Shown: positions 20,079-30,110 of the stretch, one piece after another
Numbering within the stretch: the first letter of the stretch is position 1
How the letters are laid out: the number at the start of each line of letters is the position of its first letter
Assembly (NCBI GenBank): GCA_963747535.1
Contig: CAVVFX010000006.1
Coordinates: forward strand, 240,681-304,680
DNA: 64,000 bases
From: Terriglobia bacterium
GTDB taxonomy: Bacteria > Acidobacteriota > Terriglobia > Bryobacterales > Bryobacteraceae
Direction: 5' to 3'
Notes under the pieces: generated by a model
The model's database searches: none
Seen by the model: only the letters and a program-made list of their open reading frames with translations
Told to the model about the DNA's origin: nothing
Translations under genes and position numbers: made by a program

Positions 20079-21638
20079 TCATAGCGCCCTGGCTGCGAAA
20101 TCGGGCTTGCGGCGGGCTTTGGTGGCCTGCTCCCATCCGTACGCCAACTTCAATAACACCGGCTCGCTCCACGCCGGGCCGAAGAACGAAAGCCCCATCG
20201 GCAACCCGCGATAGAAGCCTGCCGGAACACTGATATGCGGATAGCCTGCGACCGCGGCCGGCGTCGTGCAACCGCCGGTATCGTGATCGCCGTTAATGGT
20301 ATCGGTCAACCATGCCGGACCCGAAGTCAGCGTCACTATCGCATCCAGCCTGTATTTGGTGATGATCGCGTCGATCCCTTCCTTGCGCGACAGACGCACG
20401 CAATCCTCGCGAGCCTTGAAATACTTGATGTCGGTCAGGGGACCCCTGGCTTCCGACTGAATGAACAACTCCTGCTCGAAGAACGGCATCTCACGCGAAC
20501 GATTGCGCTCATTGAACGCAATCAGCTCCTGCAGCGTTCGCGCGGGACTCCCCTCTGGAAGCCGCGCCAGATATTTGTTGAGGCCGTCTTTGAATTCGTA
20601 GAGCAGCACCTCGGTTTCGATGGCGTCGATCTGTCCGTGAGTCGGCAGATCGGCCGGGTCGATCACTTCCGCCCCCGCTTTTTTTAACGTGTCTACGCAG
20701 GTTGAGAGAAAACCATTAATGAGTGAGTTGTTCTCAAAGAACTTCCGGGCGATGCCAAGACGCGCGCCGCGCAACCCCGCGGGATCGAGAAAGCGTGTGT
20801 AATCAGCATCCGCTTTACGTTCCGGCACAGTGGTTGTGGGGTCCTGCGGATCGACACCTGCCATGGCGCTAAGGAGAATGGCGACGTCATGGACCGTGCG
20901 TGCCATGGGCCCGGCAGTGTCCTGGCTCGCGGAAATCGGGATGATCCCGTTGCGGCTCAGCAGGCCGACCGTCGGCTTGATTCCGACGATGCCGTTGATT
21001 GAGGAAGGGCTGGTGACGGAACCGTCCGTCTCACTCCCGACGGCGGCCGCGCACAGGCATGCTGCCACCGCGGCGCCCGAGCCCGAGCTCGAGCCCGAGG
21101 GATTGCGGTCGAGCGCGTACGGGTTGCGCGTCTGGCCGCCTCGCCCACTCCAGCCACTGACGGAGTGAGTCGAACGAAAATTGGCCCACTCGCTGAGATT
21201 GGTTTTGCCCAGAACGAGCGCGCCGGCCGCGCGCAGCCGTGCGGCGATGAAGGCGTCTTGCGGGGCGTGCCAGTTTTCGAGCGCCAGCGAACCCGCACTC
21301 GTGCTCATCCGGCCGGCGGTATCGATGTTGTCCTTGAGTAGAATCGGAATCCCGTGCAGCGGACCGGCGGGAGGTCCGCTCTTGCGCTCCCGGTCGAGCC
21401 GCGCGGCATCGGCCAGCACATCGGGATTCAGTTCGATGACGGCGCGCAACTCCGGCCCCTGTCGATCCAAATCAGCGATTCGCTGGAGATACAGGTCGGC
21501 GAGCCGATGCGAGGTCCACCGGCCGGACCGCAAGCCCGCCGCGAGCTCGGTGATGGAGATTTCGTCCAGTTCGAAAGACCGTGCGGTAAACTGCGCGGCC
21601 GCAGCGGCGCCGGTCGCGAGGAAAGATCTGCGGAGCAT
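20079..21638 (-). CDS. Amidase (amidase-signature family) with a Tat-type signal.
   Basis: Has the GGSSGGSGAAVAA Gly/Ser-rich amidase signature. The N-terminus RRSFLATGAAAAA looks like a Tat signal. Confidence 0.88.
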   Translation of the reverse strand: MLRRSFLATGAAAAAQFTARSFELDEISITELAAGLRSGRWTSHRLADLYLQRIADLDRQGPELRAVIELNPDVLADAARLDRERKSGPPAGPLHGIPILLKDNIDTAGRMSTSAGSLALENWHAPQDAFIAARLRAAGALVLGKTNLSEWANFRSTHSVSGWSGRGGQTRNPYALDRNPSGSSSGSGAAVAACLCAAAVGSETDGSVTSPSSINGIVGIKPTVGLLSRNGIIPISASQDTAGPMARTVHDVAILLSAMAGVDPQDPTTTVPERKADADYTRFLDPAGLRGARLGIARKFFENNSLINGFLSTCVDTLKKAGAEVIDPADLPTHGQIDAIETEVLLYEFKDGLNKYLARLPEGSPARTLQELIAFNERNRSREMPFFEQELFIQSEARGPLTDIKYFKAREDCVRLSRKEGIDAIITKYRLDAIVTLTSGPAWLTDTINGDHDTGGCTTPAAVAGYPHISVPAGFYRGLPMGLSFFGPAWSEPVLLKLAYGWEQATKARRKPDFAARAL

Positions 21639-21723
21639 TTCTATCGATTATCACGCGGCTGCGCGTCGGCCAGGCAGGCCACGAATAGCGAGGGTCCGTC
21701 GTCGGGGGAAAGGCTGACACCGG

Positions 21724-21835
21724 CGAGTCGCCGGCTATCGCCGGCCAGGGCTGCTCCGCAGCCGGCAGACGACAAAAAACGATCGTCTGCCCCACGGCTA
21801 TCGGCAGCCGGCAGACGACAAAAACGAAAAGGGGT
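21724..21835. repeat. Family A repeat, copy 5 (tandem doublet).
   Basis: Two GCAGACGACAAAAA(A)CGATCGTCTGCC cores follow GGCTGCTCCGCAGCC. Confidence 0.75.
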
Positions 21836-22932
21836 TAGCTGATCGCCACCTGGTCGACGATCTCGATCCCAAACCCCTCCAGCGCGACCACTTTGCGCGG
21901 ATGATTCGTGAGCAGGCGAATGGTATTCAACCCGAGGTCCGACAGAATCTGCGCGCCGATCCCGGTTTCGTATTGCGCGGGCGTGCGGTTCGACTGCCCG
22001 CCCAGGTGCGTCGCGATACGCCCGTCCGTGATGCGCATGCCCGGGCCGGTCTGGTGCAGAAACACCAGCACTCCCTCGCCCTCTTCTGCGATTCGTTTCA
22101 ACGAGCCGCGCAACGTCCGCTGGCACTCGCACTGCGTGGAGCCAAAAACGTCCCCATAAACGCAACGCGTATGCATGCGGACCAGTACGTCCCGCTTACC
22201 CGAGACCTCGCCGCGCACCAGCGCCATGTGGTTTTCGGAATCGACATCCGTGGCGTAGAGAACCGTCTTGAACTCGCCGAACTCCGTCTGGAGGCAACCC
22301 TCCGCGCGGCGATGCACGAAATGCTCGTGCCGCAGGCGATAGCGGATCAGGTCCGCGACCGATATCATGAGCAGCCCGTGATGCGCGCAGAACTCCTCAA
22401 GCTCCGGACGCCGCGCCATGGTGCCGTCTTCGTTCATGATTTCGCAGATGACGCCGCTGGGATTCAGCCTGGCGAGCCGCGCAAGGTCCACCGACGCCTC
22501 GGTCTGACCGGCGCGAACGAGCACGCCGCCTTCCCGCGCACGCAACGGGAAAACGTGACCCGGACGCGCGAGGTCGGCCGGACGCGTATCGGGATGAATG
22601 GCGGCAAGAATCGTGCGGGTGCGGTCATTGGCGGAAATCCCGGTCGTCGTGCCCTCGCGTGCGTCGATCGACTCGCAGAAGGCGGTCCCGAAATTAGAAG
22701 TATTGTGCGGCGACATCAAGGGCAACCGCAAGTGATCGCAGCGCTCGCCCGTCAGCGCCAGGCAGATCAGGCCACGCCCGTGCCGGGCCATGAAATTGAT
22801 GATTTCCGGAGTGACTTTTTCCGCAGCAACGGTCAGGTCGCCTTCATTTTCGCGGTCCTCGTCGTCAACCACGACCAGCATCCGGCCGGCACGGATTTCC
22901 TCGACCGCTTCCGGAATGGCGACAAATGGCAT
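21835..22932 (-). CDS. ribBA: Bifunctional 3,4-dihydroxy-2-butanone-4-phosphate synthase / GTP cyclohydrolase II.
   Basis: RibB motifs are RENEGDL and an RGHTEA-like segment. The RibA zinc-ligand cysteines are CxxGxxxxSxxCxC. The start is set at MPFVAIPE. Confidence 0.9.
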   Translation of the reverse strand: MPFVAIPEAVEEIRAGRMLVVVDDEDRENEGDLTVAAEKVTPEIINFMARHGRGLICLALTGERCDHLRLPLMSPHNTSNFGTAFCESIDAREGTTTGISANDRTRTILAAIHPDTRPADLARPGHVFPLRAREGGVLVRAGQTEASVDLARLARLNPSGVICEIMNEDGTMARRPELEEFCAHHGLLMISVADLIRYRLRHEHFVHRRAEGCLQTEFGEFKTVLYATDVDSENHMALVRGEVSGKRDVLVRMHTRCVYGDVFGSTQCECQRTLRGSLKRIAEEGEGVLVFLHQTGPGMRITDGRIATHLGGQSNRTPAQYETGIGAQILSDLGLNTIRLLTNHPRKVVALEGFGIEIVDQVAIS

Positions 22933-23100
22933 AATTCTAAGCTTAGAACGTCTCGTGAAGCGGGCTGATGCGCAGCGACCCAGCGGGGACCCCGACCACA
23001 ATAAACCGCGGTCGGCCATACCTGACGGGTTTGAAACAGGCTATCATGAACTAACTGACAAGTCCACGCACAACGGTCAGGCCGTAACCTTCCACGTTGA

Positions 23101-23195
23101 GAGTTCTCTCCAGAAACTGCGGCCAAATTTCGCTCACGGCGACAAAGGCGCAAGTTTTCACACACATTGGACCGCGGTTAGCGGCTGACTGGCGG
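23101..23195. repeat. Family B conserved ~95-nt element, copy 1, in the 5' region of the transglutaminase-like gene.
   Basis: About 85% identical to 42852..42950 (GAAACTGCGGCCAAAYTTCGC...CAAAGGCGCAAGTTT...TGGACCGCGG...TTAGCGGCT). Confidence 0.7.
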
Positions 23196-23206
23196 AAGGA
23201 AATTAC

Positions 23207-24034
23207 GTGAATATTCGGCTCGGCTACGAACTTATCTATAACCTGCCCCAACCGACGCCCATGATCCTGGCGTTGAACATCCATTATTCGCGCGCTTCGG
23301 ACATCATCATTCCCGATTACCTGACCACCGATCCGCCGGTCACGATCGGAGGCTATCGCGATGGCTTCGGCAACTGGTGCACGCGGCTGGTGGCGCCCGG
23401 CGGGCGCATCCGCATCAAAACCGACGCGCTGATCCGCGATACCGGCCTGCCGGATGGGATCTTTCCCGATGCCTGGCAGCACGCGGTCCAGGATCTGCCG
23501 GAAGAAACTTTGGTCTTCCTGCTGGGCAGCCGTTATTGCGAAACGGATTTGTTGTCCCAGGCGGCTTGGGACCTGTTCGCGCAGACGCCGCCGGGTTGGC
23601 CGCGGGTGCAGGCGATCTGCGATTACGTGCACAACCGGATTGCGTTCGACTATCAGCAAGCTCGACCCACCCGGACGGCCTGGGAGGCTTTTAATGAGTG
23701 CCGAGGAGTCTGCCGCGACTACGCGCACCTTGCCATTGCTTTCTGCCGCTGCCTGAACATTCCGGCGCGCTATTGCACCGGATACCTCGGCGATATGGGG
23801 ACGCCGCCCCCGTACGGTGTCGGGGATTTTGCCGCGTGGTTTGAAGTTTATATCGGAGGCCGCTGGCATACGTTCGACGCACGCAACAACGTGCCCCGGA
23901 TCGGACGAGTTCTGCTGGCGCGAGGGCGCGATGCCGCGGACGTAGCGATCGCGACCACCTTCGGACCCAATACGCTTGAGAGCTTTAAGGTATGGACCGA
24001 CGAAGAACCGCTACACGCAGGTGCTGTACTATAA
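23207..24034 (+). CDS. Transglutaminase-like superfamily protein.
   Basis: GTG start with a GGAAGGA ribosome-binding site. Has GVCRDYAHLAIAFCRCLNIPARYCTGYLGD. It is a paralog of 9601..10464. Confidence 0.8.
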   Translation: MNIRLGYELIYNLPQPTPMILALNIHYSRASDIIIPDYLTTDPPVTIGGYRDGFGNWCTRLVAPGGRIRIKTDALIRDTGLPDGIFPDAWQHAVQDLPEETLVFLLGSRYCETDLLSQAAWDLFAQTPPGWPRVQAICDYVHNRIAFDYQQARPTRTAWEAFNECRGVCRDYAHLAIAFCRCLNIPARYCTGYLGDMGTPPPYGVGDFAAWFEVYIGGRWHTFDARNNVPRIGRVLLARGRDAADVAIATTFGPNTLESFKVWTDEEPLHAGAVL

Positions 24035-24058
24035 AATACAAAGAGTGGATCCGACCTA

Positions 24059-24931
24059 ATGCCCACGTTGACGGTGCGCCATCGAACGGTTTACAAATAT
24101 TCAGAGCCTGTCGAACTGGGCGAACACCGGATGATGTTCCGCCCCCGCGAAAGCCACGATCTCCGGCTGCTCGAATCGACGCTGAACATCACACCCCATC
24201 CGGCGCGACTTCGCTGGCTGCACGATGCTTTCGATAACTCCGTCGCGGTCGCGACCTTCGATGGCTCGACCTCAGAGCTTTGCTTTGATAGCAGCGTCAC
24301 GCTGGAACACTACGAAGACCCGCAGCTGGAATATCCATTGGAGGATTACGCCAAGACCTATCCCTTCCGCTATTCGGAGGAAGAACTGCCCAACCTGGCG
24401 CGCGCTCTCGTAAATCAGCATTCGAGCGACAGTTTAACTTCCTGGGCAAGACAATTTCTGGATCCATCCGGACTCACTGGAACCATGAGCCTGCTGCGGC
24501 GAATGACCCTCGCCATCAGGCAGGATTTCCGTTACACGCGGCGCACGGAGAAGGGCGTACAGAATCCCGTCGAAACGCTCGCGACACGTTGCGGGAGCTG
24601 CCGGGATTTCGCCATGCTCATGATCGAGGCGACACGTTCGTTAGGCATCGCCGCGCGTTTCGTAAGCGGCTATATTTTCGTTCCGGGTGTGGATTACGGG
24701 GTGACGCACGGCGCCGGTTCAACCCACGCGTGGATGCAGGCGTACCTGCCAGGCGCCGGCTGGATCGACTTCGATCCCACCAACAGTATCATTGGAAACC
24801 GCAATCTCATTCGGGTTGCCGTGGCGTGGGATCCCAGACAGGTTCTACCGTTGTGGGGCACTTATGCCGGCGCCGCTTCGGCATTTCTCGGCATGGATGT
24901 CACCGTGTCCGTGCGGGAAACTGAAGCGTGA
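24059..24931 (+). CDS. Transglutaminase-family protein with a Bact_transglu_N-type N-terminus and a canonical Cys-His-Asp core.
   Basis: Catalytic residues are Cys in GSCRDFA, His in THAWMQAY and Asp in DFDPTN. It lies in tandem with the previous gene. Confidence 0.82.
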   Translation: MPTLTVRHRTVYKYSEPVELGEHRMMFRPRESHDLRLLESTLNITPHPARLRWLHDAFDNSVAVATFDGSTSELCFDSSVTLEHYEDPQLEYPLEDYAKTYPFRYSEEELPNLARALVNQHSSDSLTSWARQFLDPSGLTGTMSLLRRMTLAIRQDFRYTRRTEKGVQNPVETLATRCGSCRDFAMLMIEATRSLGIAARFVSGYIFVPGVDYGVTHGAGSTHAWMQAYLPGAGWIDFDPTNSIIGNRNLIRVAVAWDPRQVLPLWGTYAGAASAFLGMDVTVSVRETEA

Positions 24932-24959
24932 TGCGGGCGGCCACGGGGGCTCCGGTTGC

Positions 24960-25175
24960 TACGCAGCCGGATGTTGGTTGGCCAATGTGGCAGGCGCCTT
25001 TCACGCAGAAGTCTCTTCGGCGCGCGAGAGCAGGCGAAACGCCTACTCCGTAAAGCGGCAAGCCGCAAAAACGGCTGCTCCGCAGCCGGGGCAGACCACA
25101 AAAAACGATGGTCTGCCCTACGGCAGGCCAAGGGCCTACTCCACAATTCTTTAGGGCCTTTGGCCTGTCACTGCG
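24960..25175. repeat. Family A repeat, copy 6 (long composite).
   Basis: Modules in order: CAGAAGTCTCTTCGGCGCGCGAGAGCAGGCGAAACGCCTACTCC, then GGCAAGCCGCAAAAACGGCTGCTCCGCAGCC, then GCAGACCACAAAAAACGATGGTCTGCC, then AGGCCTTTGGCCT. Confidence 0.8.
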
Positions 25176-26042
25176 TTATGACGTCTTCAACTCTTCCAGC
25201 AACTCTTTGCCGGCTTTGACATCGCGGAGCCTTTCTTCAGCGTCGGGGGTTTCTCTCTCGATGGTCAGCGGACCCTTGTAGCCGATCTTTTTGAGTCCCG
25301 CGAGAAAGGCTTTCAAGTCAACCGAACCCTGTCCGAGAGGCCGTTCGGCACCGAGGGCACCCGGAACCTCGGGTGGCGGCCAGTCGCCATCCTTGCAATG
25401 GACCGATACCACGTGTTGCCCGACCACTTCCAATGATTCGATGGGATCTCCCGTCCCGTAGAGGATCATATTGGCCGGATCGAAGTTGATCCCGAGGTTG
25501 CGGCGATTGACATCCAGCATAAAATCGAGCAGCACCGCCGCCCGCTCCTGACCCGTCTCCAGGGCAAAGGTCTGCTGGTGGGACACCGCGTGGTCGCACA
25601 CCCGCCGCACCATTTCGCGCACCGCGAAGTAGTCGGGATGGCTGGTATCTTCCGGAATGAAACCGACGTGCGTCGCGATACCGGGTACGCTCAGTTGCGC
25701 GGCGAAGTCGCTGACCTCCAGCATGCGCCGCTCGCGAACCTCCCTGGTGACCTGGGGAATGAACCCGACGGTCCGCTGCACAGTGGGGATGTCCTGGTAG
25801 CTCTCGCCTTCAAACGCTGCAAAGACGGTGTAGACCGTGAAATGGGCCTGTTCGAGCGCCTTCTTCCACTCCTGAGTAGTACGCGAATCGAGCGCCAGCC
25901 TGCCGGGAACTGCCATCTGGCCGCTACGGAATCCGAGATCGCGCAGCGTGGAGAGGATTTCGGCGGGCCCGTCTCCAGCCCAGAACATCACGCCGATCTC
26001 CCATGGTTTCAACCCTGACATTTCTATATTCACCCTTTCCAT
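25176..26042 (-). CDS. Sugar phosphate isomerase/epimerase (xylose-isomerase-like TIM barrel).
   Basis: 288 aa with typical AP-endonuclease-2/TIM-barrel motifs (LGINFDPAN, HCKD). Confidence 0.82.
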   Translation of the reverse strand: MERVNIEMSGLKPWEIGVMFWAGDGPAEILSTLRDLGFRSGQMAVPGRLALDSRTTQEWKKALEQAHFTVYTVFAAFEGESYQDIPTVQRTVGFIPQVTREVRERRMLEVSDFAAQLSVPGIATHVGFIPEDTSHPDYFAVREMVRRVCDHAVSHQQTFALETGQERAAVLLDFMLDVNRRNLGINFDPANMILYGTGDPIESLEVVGQHVVSVHCKDGDWPPPEVPGALGAERPLGQGSVDLKAFLAGLKKIGYKGPLTIERETPDAEERLRDVKAGKELLEELKTS

Positions 26043-26160
26043 GGCAGGCTAGGACCTACCCGGCAGACCACGAAAAACGATGGTCTGCCCTACGGTCAGG
26101 CGGCAGACTACGAAAAACGATGGTCTGCCCCACGGCAGGCTACAAGCCTACCCTACCAGC
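26043..26160. repeat. Family A repeat, copy 7 (two tandem cores).
   Basis: GGCAGACCACGAAAAACGATGGTCTGCC and GGCAGACTACGAAAAACGATGGTCTGCC. Confidence 0.8.
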
Positions 26161-27129
26161 TTCCAGCATACTCAAGGCCACCTTTACCGCGAGTGCCGAT
26201 TCACGCGGCGGACATTTTTCCGGTTGATGGTTGGAGGCCACACATTCGGCGAAATAGCGGAGCTCCTCTTCGAAGCCGTCGACATCGGGCACGGGAACAA
26301 CCTCAGTGGCCGCCGCGCCGGATCGCGATAAGGTCAGCGGGTATCCCGCGGAACTGAATTCGAGCGTACCTTCCTGACCTGCAATGGTGAACGACATCGA
26401 AAAAGGATACGGTCCCTGTGCATGCCAGCCGCCTTCGATGATGACTGGCCCGCGGTCTGGATACGTAAACGTTGTGCTGATCAGCCCTCCCGAACCTGCC
26501 GCGGTAATGGCAGCCGGTTCGCCGAACAGCCAGATGGCATAATCGACGTCGTGGATCAGGAGATCGAAGATGCCCCCGCCGCTGCGCGCCGGATCGGTGA
26601 GCCAGCCACCCCACGACGGCTTGGCGCAATTGCGCCGGAACCACGACATGCGGATGGGACCAAGCGCCCCGCTGCGCAGGAGTTTCGCCGCCTCCGCATA
26701 AGCCGGAAGAAATCGCAGCACCTGGCCGACCATGAGGATGCGGCCGCTCAGTTCCGCCTCGCGCACTACTTCGCGGGCCGCCGCTTCAGTTAACGCCAGA
26801 GGCTTCTCCACCAGCACGTGCTTGCCGGCGCGTAAGGCCGCGAGGGCCAGGGGCGCGTGCAGGTCGGTCGGGAGGCAGATGTCGACGGCGTCGATCTCGG
26901 GGTCGGCCAGGGCGGCGTCAAAACTGGGGAACTGCCGGACATGCGAAAAGTCCATCAGCTCGCCTTTGACTCCCAGATTGCCGCCGACGTCGCGCAGATC
27001 GCCGGCAAGCTTCTTCTCATTTTGCTCGACGACCGCCATCAGACGGACGTTGTCGAGGACCCTGGCGGCGCGAGCGTGGGTGGCGCCCATGAAACCCAAA
27101 CCGACGATCGCAAGATTGACTGGAGGCAT
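26140..27129 (-). CDS. Gfo/Idh/MocA-family NAD(P)-dependent oxidoreductase.
   Basis: N-terminal Rossmann segment LAIVGLGFMG with an EKPLA motif. It is paired with the adjacent TIM-barrel isomerase. The start is set at MPPVNL. Confidence 0.82.
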   Translation of the reverse strand: MPPVNLAIVGLGFMGATHARAARVLDNVRLMAVVEQNEKKLAGDLRDVGGNLGVKGELMDFSHVRQFPSFDAALADPEIDAVDICLPTDLHAPLALAALRAGKHVLVEKPLALTEAAAREVVREAELSGRILMVGQVLRFLPAYAEAAKLLRSGALGPIRMSWFRRNCAKPSWGGWLTDPARSGGGIFDLLIHDVDYAIWLFGEPAAITAAGSGGLISTTFTYPDRGPVIIEGGWHAQGPYPFSMSFTIAGQEGTLEFSSAGYPLTLSRSGAAATEVVPVPDVDGFEEELRYFAECVASNHQPEKCPPRESALAVKVALSMLEAGRVGL

Positions 27130-27136
27130 AGCTTGA

Positions 27137-28783
27137 TCAAGGTAGCAAGTGAGCGACAATCAACGTGATGTCATCGGCGGGCGGCGCGCCCTGGGTCCAC
27201 GCAGTGAGGGCCTTGTTCACTTCCTCAATCATGCTCAGGGCGCTCTCATTCGAATGCGCAGCCAGGGTCTTGACCAGGTTCTCGATCTCGAACTCCTCGT
27301 CGCCGGGAGTGGCCGCTTCGGTGACTCCATCGCTATAGATCGCAAGGATGTCGCCCTTGTTCATTTGGGTCGTATACTGCTGGAACTCCATGGTGGACAT
27401 GATGCCGAGAGGCGGTCCGCCGCCTTCCAGCAATTGGTGTGAACCGTCCGTACGAACGATGACTGGCGGGTTGTGCCCCGCGTTCGCGTAGGTCACGACG
27501 CCGGTGGTGGCGTCCAGAATGCACATGAAGAAGCTGATGAAGCGATTGCGGGGGCAGTTCGCCGAGGTAATGCGGTTGATCCGGGTCATCGCCTGCGCCA
27601 GGCTCTCGGGCTCGTCGAGCAGATTCTGAACTCGCGCCTGCAACCCCATCATGAGCAGCGACGCCGGCATGCCTTTGCCCGACACATCGCCCAGGACCAT
27701 CGCGACATGACCGTTGGGATAGGCGAAGAAGTCGTAGTAATCGCCCCCGACGGTACGGCAGGCCGCATTGTGGCCGGCGAGATCCAGGCCGGGAACATCG
27801 GGGGCAACCGCCGGCAGGAAGCTGCGCTGGATTTCAGCAGCCTGTTCGAGCTCCCGCGCCATGATCTGCCGTGCCTGTTCTATCTCGGCGAAACGGGCAT
27901 GCTCGATGCGGATGGCCGCGACGTTGGCCATCACGGTGAGCAGGCTGAGATCGTCGCGGCTGAATTCACGGATCAGTCCCGGCGAATCGACGTAGATCAG
28001 GCCGATGACCTTATTCTGAGTCTGCAGCGGGACGGCGATCAGGGTCCGGATATGCTGCTCCACAATACTGCGGCGTTCGCGTAGCGCCGCGTCGAGTGAG
28101 GTATCGCGAACCAGGATGGATGCGCCCTGGATCACGCGGTCGCGCACAGCGGAGCTGATGCGGAAGCCCTCTCCCTTGTTGGCGCGGATCACCAGGTCGT
28201 CCCCTTCGAGCGTCATCAGCACGCCGCGCTCCGCCTGAACGGCTTCCATCGCGAGATCCAGGATGAAGCGGAATAACTCCGGCAGGGGCCGCTGTCCGGC
28301 GAGCTCGTTGCCCGCGCGAATCAGCGCGCTAATGTGCGCGGAGCCTGCCTCAGGCTTCACGGCGTCGTCCTGAATGACAGCGGCGAGACCGGAAATCACG
28401 GTCGATGACGTGGCATGCTCGTCGTCCGGCATGTCCTCGAACATGACCACGGGACGCGTGGCGCGGTCATGGGCGCGGTCATGGGCGCTGTCAAAAATGA
28501 GGATCAGGTGTCCGGCAGTGACCCGGTCGCCTGATTTAAGAACCTGCGCCGATGCAATGCGAACGCCGTTGAGCAAGGTCCCATTCTTGCTCCCGAGATC
28601 GCGGATGGTCCAGTCATCGCCCTGCTTTTCGAACGCCAGATGCTGCCGCGAAAGACCGCTATCATCCGGATAGCAAAGCTCCGTAATGCTGGAGCGGCCG
28701 AGCGAGATGCGTTCGCTGTCGAGCGGGACAGTGCGGCTCTGCCCGTCCGGTGAAAGGATCTGGATCTCGCGCTGAGACATAGA
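27137..28783 (-). CDS. FHA-GAF-PP2C (SpoIIE/RsbU-type) serine phosphatase.
   Basis: N-terminal FHA domain (GRSSITELCYPDDSGLSRQHL), a central GAF domain and a C-terminal PP2C domain (GDVSGKGMPASLLM). The start is set at MSQREIQ. Confidence 0.8.
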   Translation of the reverse strand, partial: SMSQREIQILSPDGQSRTVPLDSERISLGRSSITELCYPDDSGLSRQHLAFEKQGDDWTIRDLGSKNGTLLNGVRIASAQVLKSGDRVTAGHLILIFDSAHDRAHDRATRPVVMFEDMPDDEHATSSTVISGLAAVIQDDAVKPEAGSAHISALIRAGNELAGQRPLPELFRFILDLAMEAVQAERGVLMTLEGDDLVIRANKGEGFRISSAVRDRVIQGASILVRDTSLDAALRERRSIVEQHIRTLIAVPLQTQNKVIGLIYVDSPGLIREFSRDDLSLLTVMANVAAIRIEHARFAEIEQARQIMARELEQAAEIQRSFLPAVAPDVPGLDLAGHNAACRTVGGDYYDFFAYPNGHVAMVLGDVSGKGMPASLLMMGLQARVQNLLDEPESLAQAMTRINRITSANCPRNRFISFFMCILDATTGVVTYANAGHNPPVIVRTDGSHQLLEGGGPPLGIMSTMEFQQYTTQMNKGDILAIYSDGVTEAATPGDEEFEIENLVKTLAAHSNESALSMIEEVNKALTAWTQGAPPADDITLIVAHLLP

Positions 28784-28862
28784 CGAACCCTTGGCTCCCC
28801 GGCGCATGCTGCAACTGCGACGGGGTTTTCGGGACCTGTCCCACAAGGTACCATAAGGACGC

Positions 28863-29954
28863 GTGCCCCTCGCCACTAACTGCCACACCAAGCGTCAACA
28901 ACAACTTTGGGAATCGTTGAAAGCCCTCGATCCGCCCTGTGATGCGATGATTGTCACTTCGCGCCACAACCTGCGGTACCTGACCGGATTTACGGGGAGC
29001 AACGGAATCGCGGTGGTGACGCTCTCCGGGACCTTTTTCTTTACCGACCCGCGCTACCAGTTCCAGGCGGCGCAGGAGGTGACGGCCAGGGCGAAAGCCG
29101 TGAAGGGGCCGCTGCTGGATCACGTCGTCAAGCTGGTGGCGCGCCACAAATGGCGGAGACTGGGCTTCGAGCAGGAACACCTGACTGCGGGACAATTCGA
29201 ACTGCTGCGGTCGAAGGTGACGAAGTCTCAAATTTTCGTGCCGCGCAGCGGCGTGGTCGAGACGCTGCGGATGGTGAAGTCGGACGACGAACTGGCCTTG
29301 ATCGAACGCTCCGTGCTCACCAACTCCCGGGCGCTCGATGCGGCTCTCGGGAACCTGAAAATGGGCATGAACGAGGCTGAACTGGCGGCCGAGATCGATT
29401 ACCAGATGTGCAAACTCGGGGCAGAGAAGCCGTCTTTCGATACTATCGTGGCTTCGGGAGTTCGTTCCGCGCTACCGCACGCGCATCCTACGCGAGCGAT
29501 GATCCAGCCGGGAGTATTGCTCATCGATATGGGCGCATTCGAGGGCGGCTATGCGAGCGACATGACGCGCACCTTCTTCGTGGGCGAACCTACGCGCAGG
29601 ATGTCGAGGATCTATAAGGCGGTGCTGGAGGCGCAACTCGCGGGGATCGATGCGGTGCGGCCTGGGGTCAAGGCGTCGGCGGTGGATCGCGCGGCTCGCA
29701 AGGTGCTGAAAGCGCATGGGCTCGATAAGGCTTTCATGCACTCCACGGGGCATGGATTGGGACTCGAAATCCATGAGCCGCCGCGGCTTGGCAAAAAAGA
29801 GGCGACCAAGCTGGAGGTTGGCATGGCGATTACGATTGAGCCAGGGGCTTATGTGGAGAATGTCGGCGGCGTCAGGATTGAAGATACCGTGGTGGTGACG
29901 GCGGAGGGGTGCAGAATTCTGACTCCTACTCCGAAGGAACTGCAGGTCCTTTGA
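28863..29954 (+). CDS. M24-family Xaa-Pro aminopeptidase/dipeptidase.
   Basis: C-terminal pita-bread fold with metal ligands (HGLGLEIHE, D...D...E). Confidence 0.85.
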   Translation: MPLATNCHTKRQQQLWESLKALDPPCDAMIVTSRHNLRYLTGFTGSNGIAVVTLSGTFFFTDPRYQFQAAQEVTARAKAVKGPLLDHVVKLVARHKWRRLGFEQEHLTAGQFELLRSKVTKSQIFVPRSGVVETLRMVKSDDELALIERSVLTNSRALDAALGNLKMGMNEAELAAEIDYQMCKLGAEKPSFDTIVASGVRSALPHAHPTRAMIQPGVLLIDMGAFEGGYASDMTRTFFVGEPTRRMSRIYKAVLEAQLAGIDAVRPGVKASAVDRAARKVLKAHGLDKAFMHSTGHGLGLEIHEPPRLGKKEATKLEVGMAITIEPGAYVENVGGVRIEDTVVVTAEGCRILTPTPKELQVL

Positions 29955-29956
29955 GC

Positions 29957-30110
29957 GGCTACCCCATATAATAGCCGCAAGCCGCAAACCAGCCGCAAAC
30001 CATGGGGTAGACCATCGTTTTTTGTGGTCTGCCCGGCTGCGGAGCAGCGGTTTTTGCGGTTTGCCGCCATACGCAGTAGGCCTTTGGCATGCTCTGGCGC
30101 GCCGCAAGAC
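29957..30110. repeat. Family A repeat, copy 8 (reverse orientation).
   Basis: GTAGACCATCGTTTTTTGTGGTCTGCC, then GGCTGCGGAGCAGC, then AGGCCTTTGGC. Confidence 0.75.

Noticed and set aside
23040-23200. An FMN riboswitch upstream of ribBA.
   Set aside because: There are no FMN-aptamer conserved blocks. The sequence is family B repeat copy 1, and its other copy is not near any rib gene.
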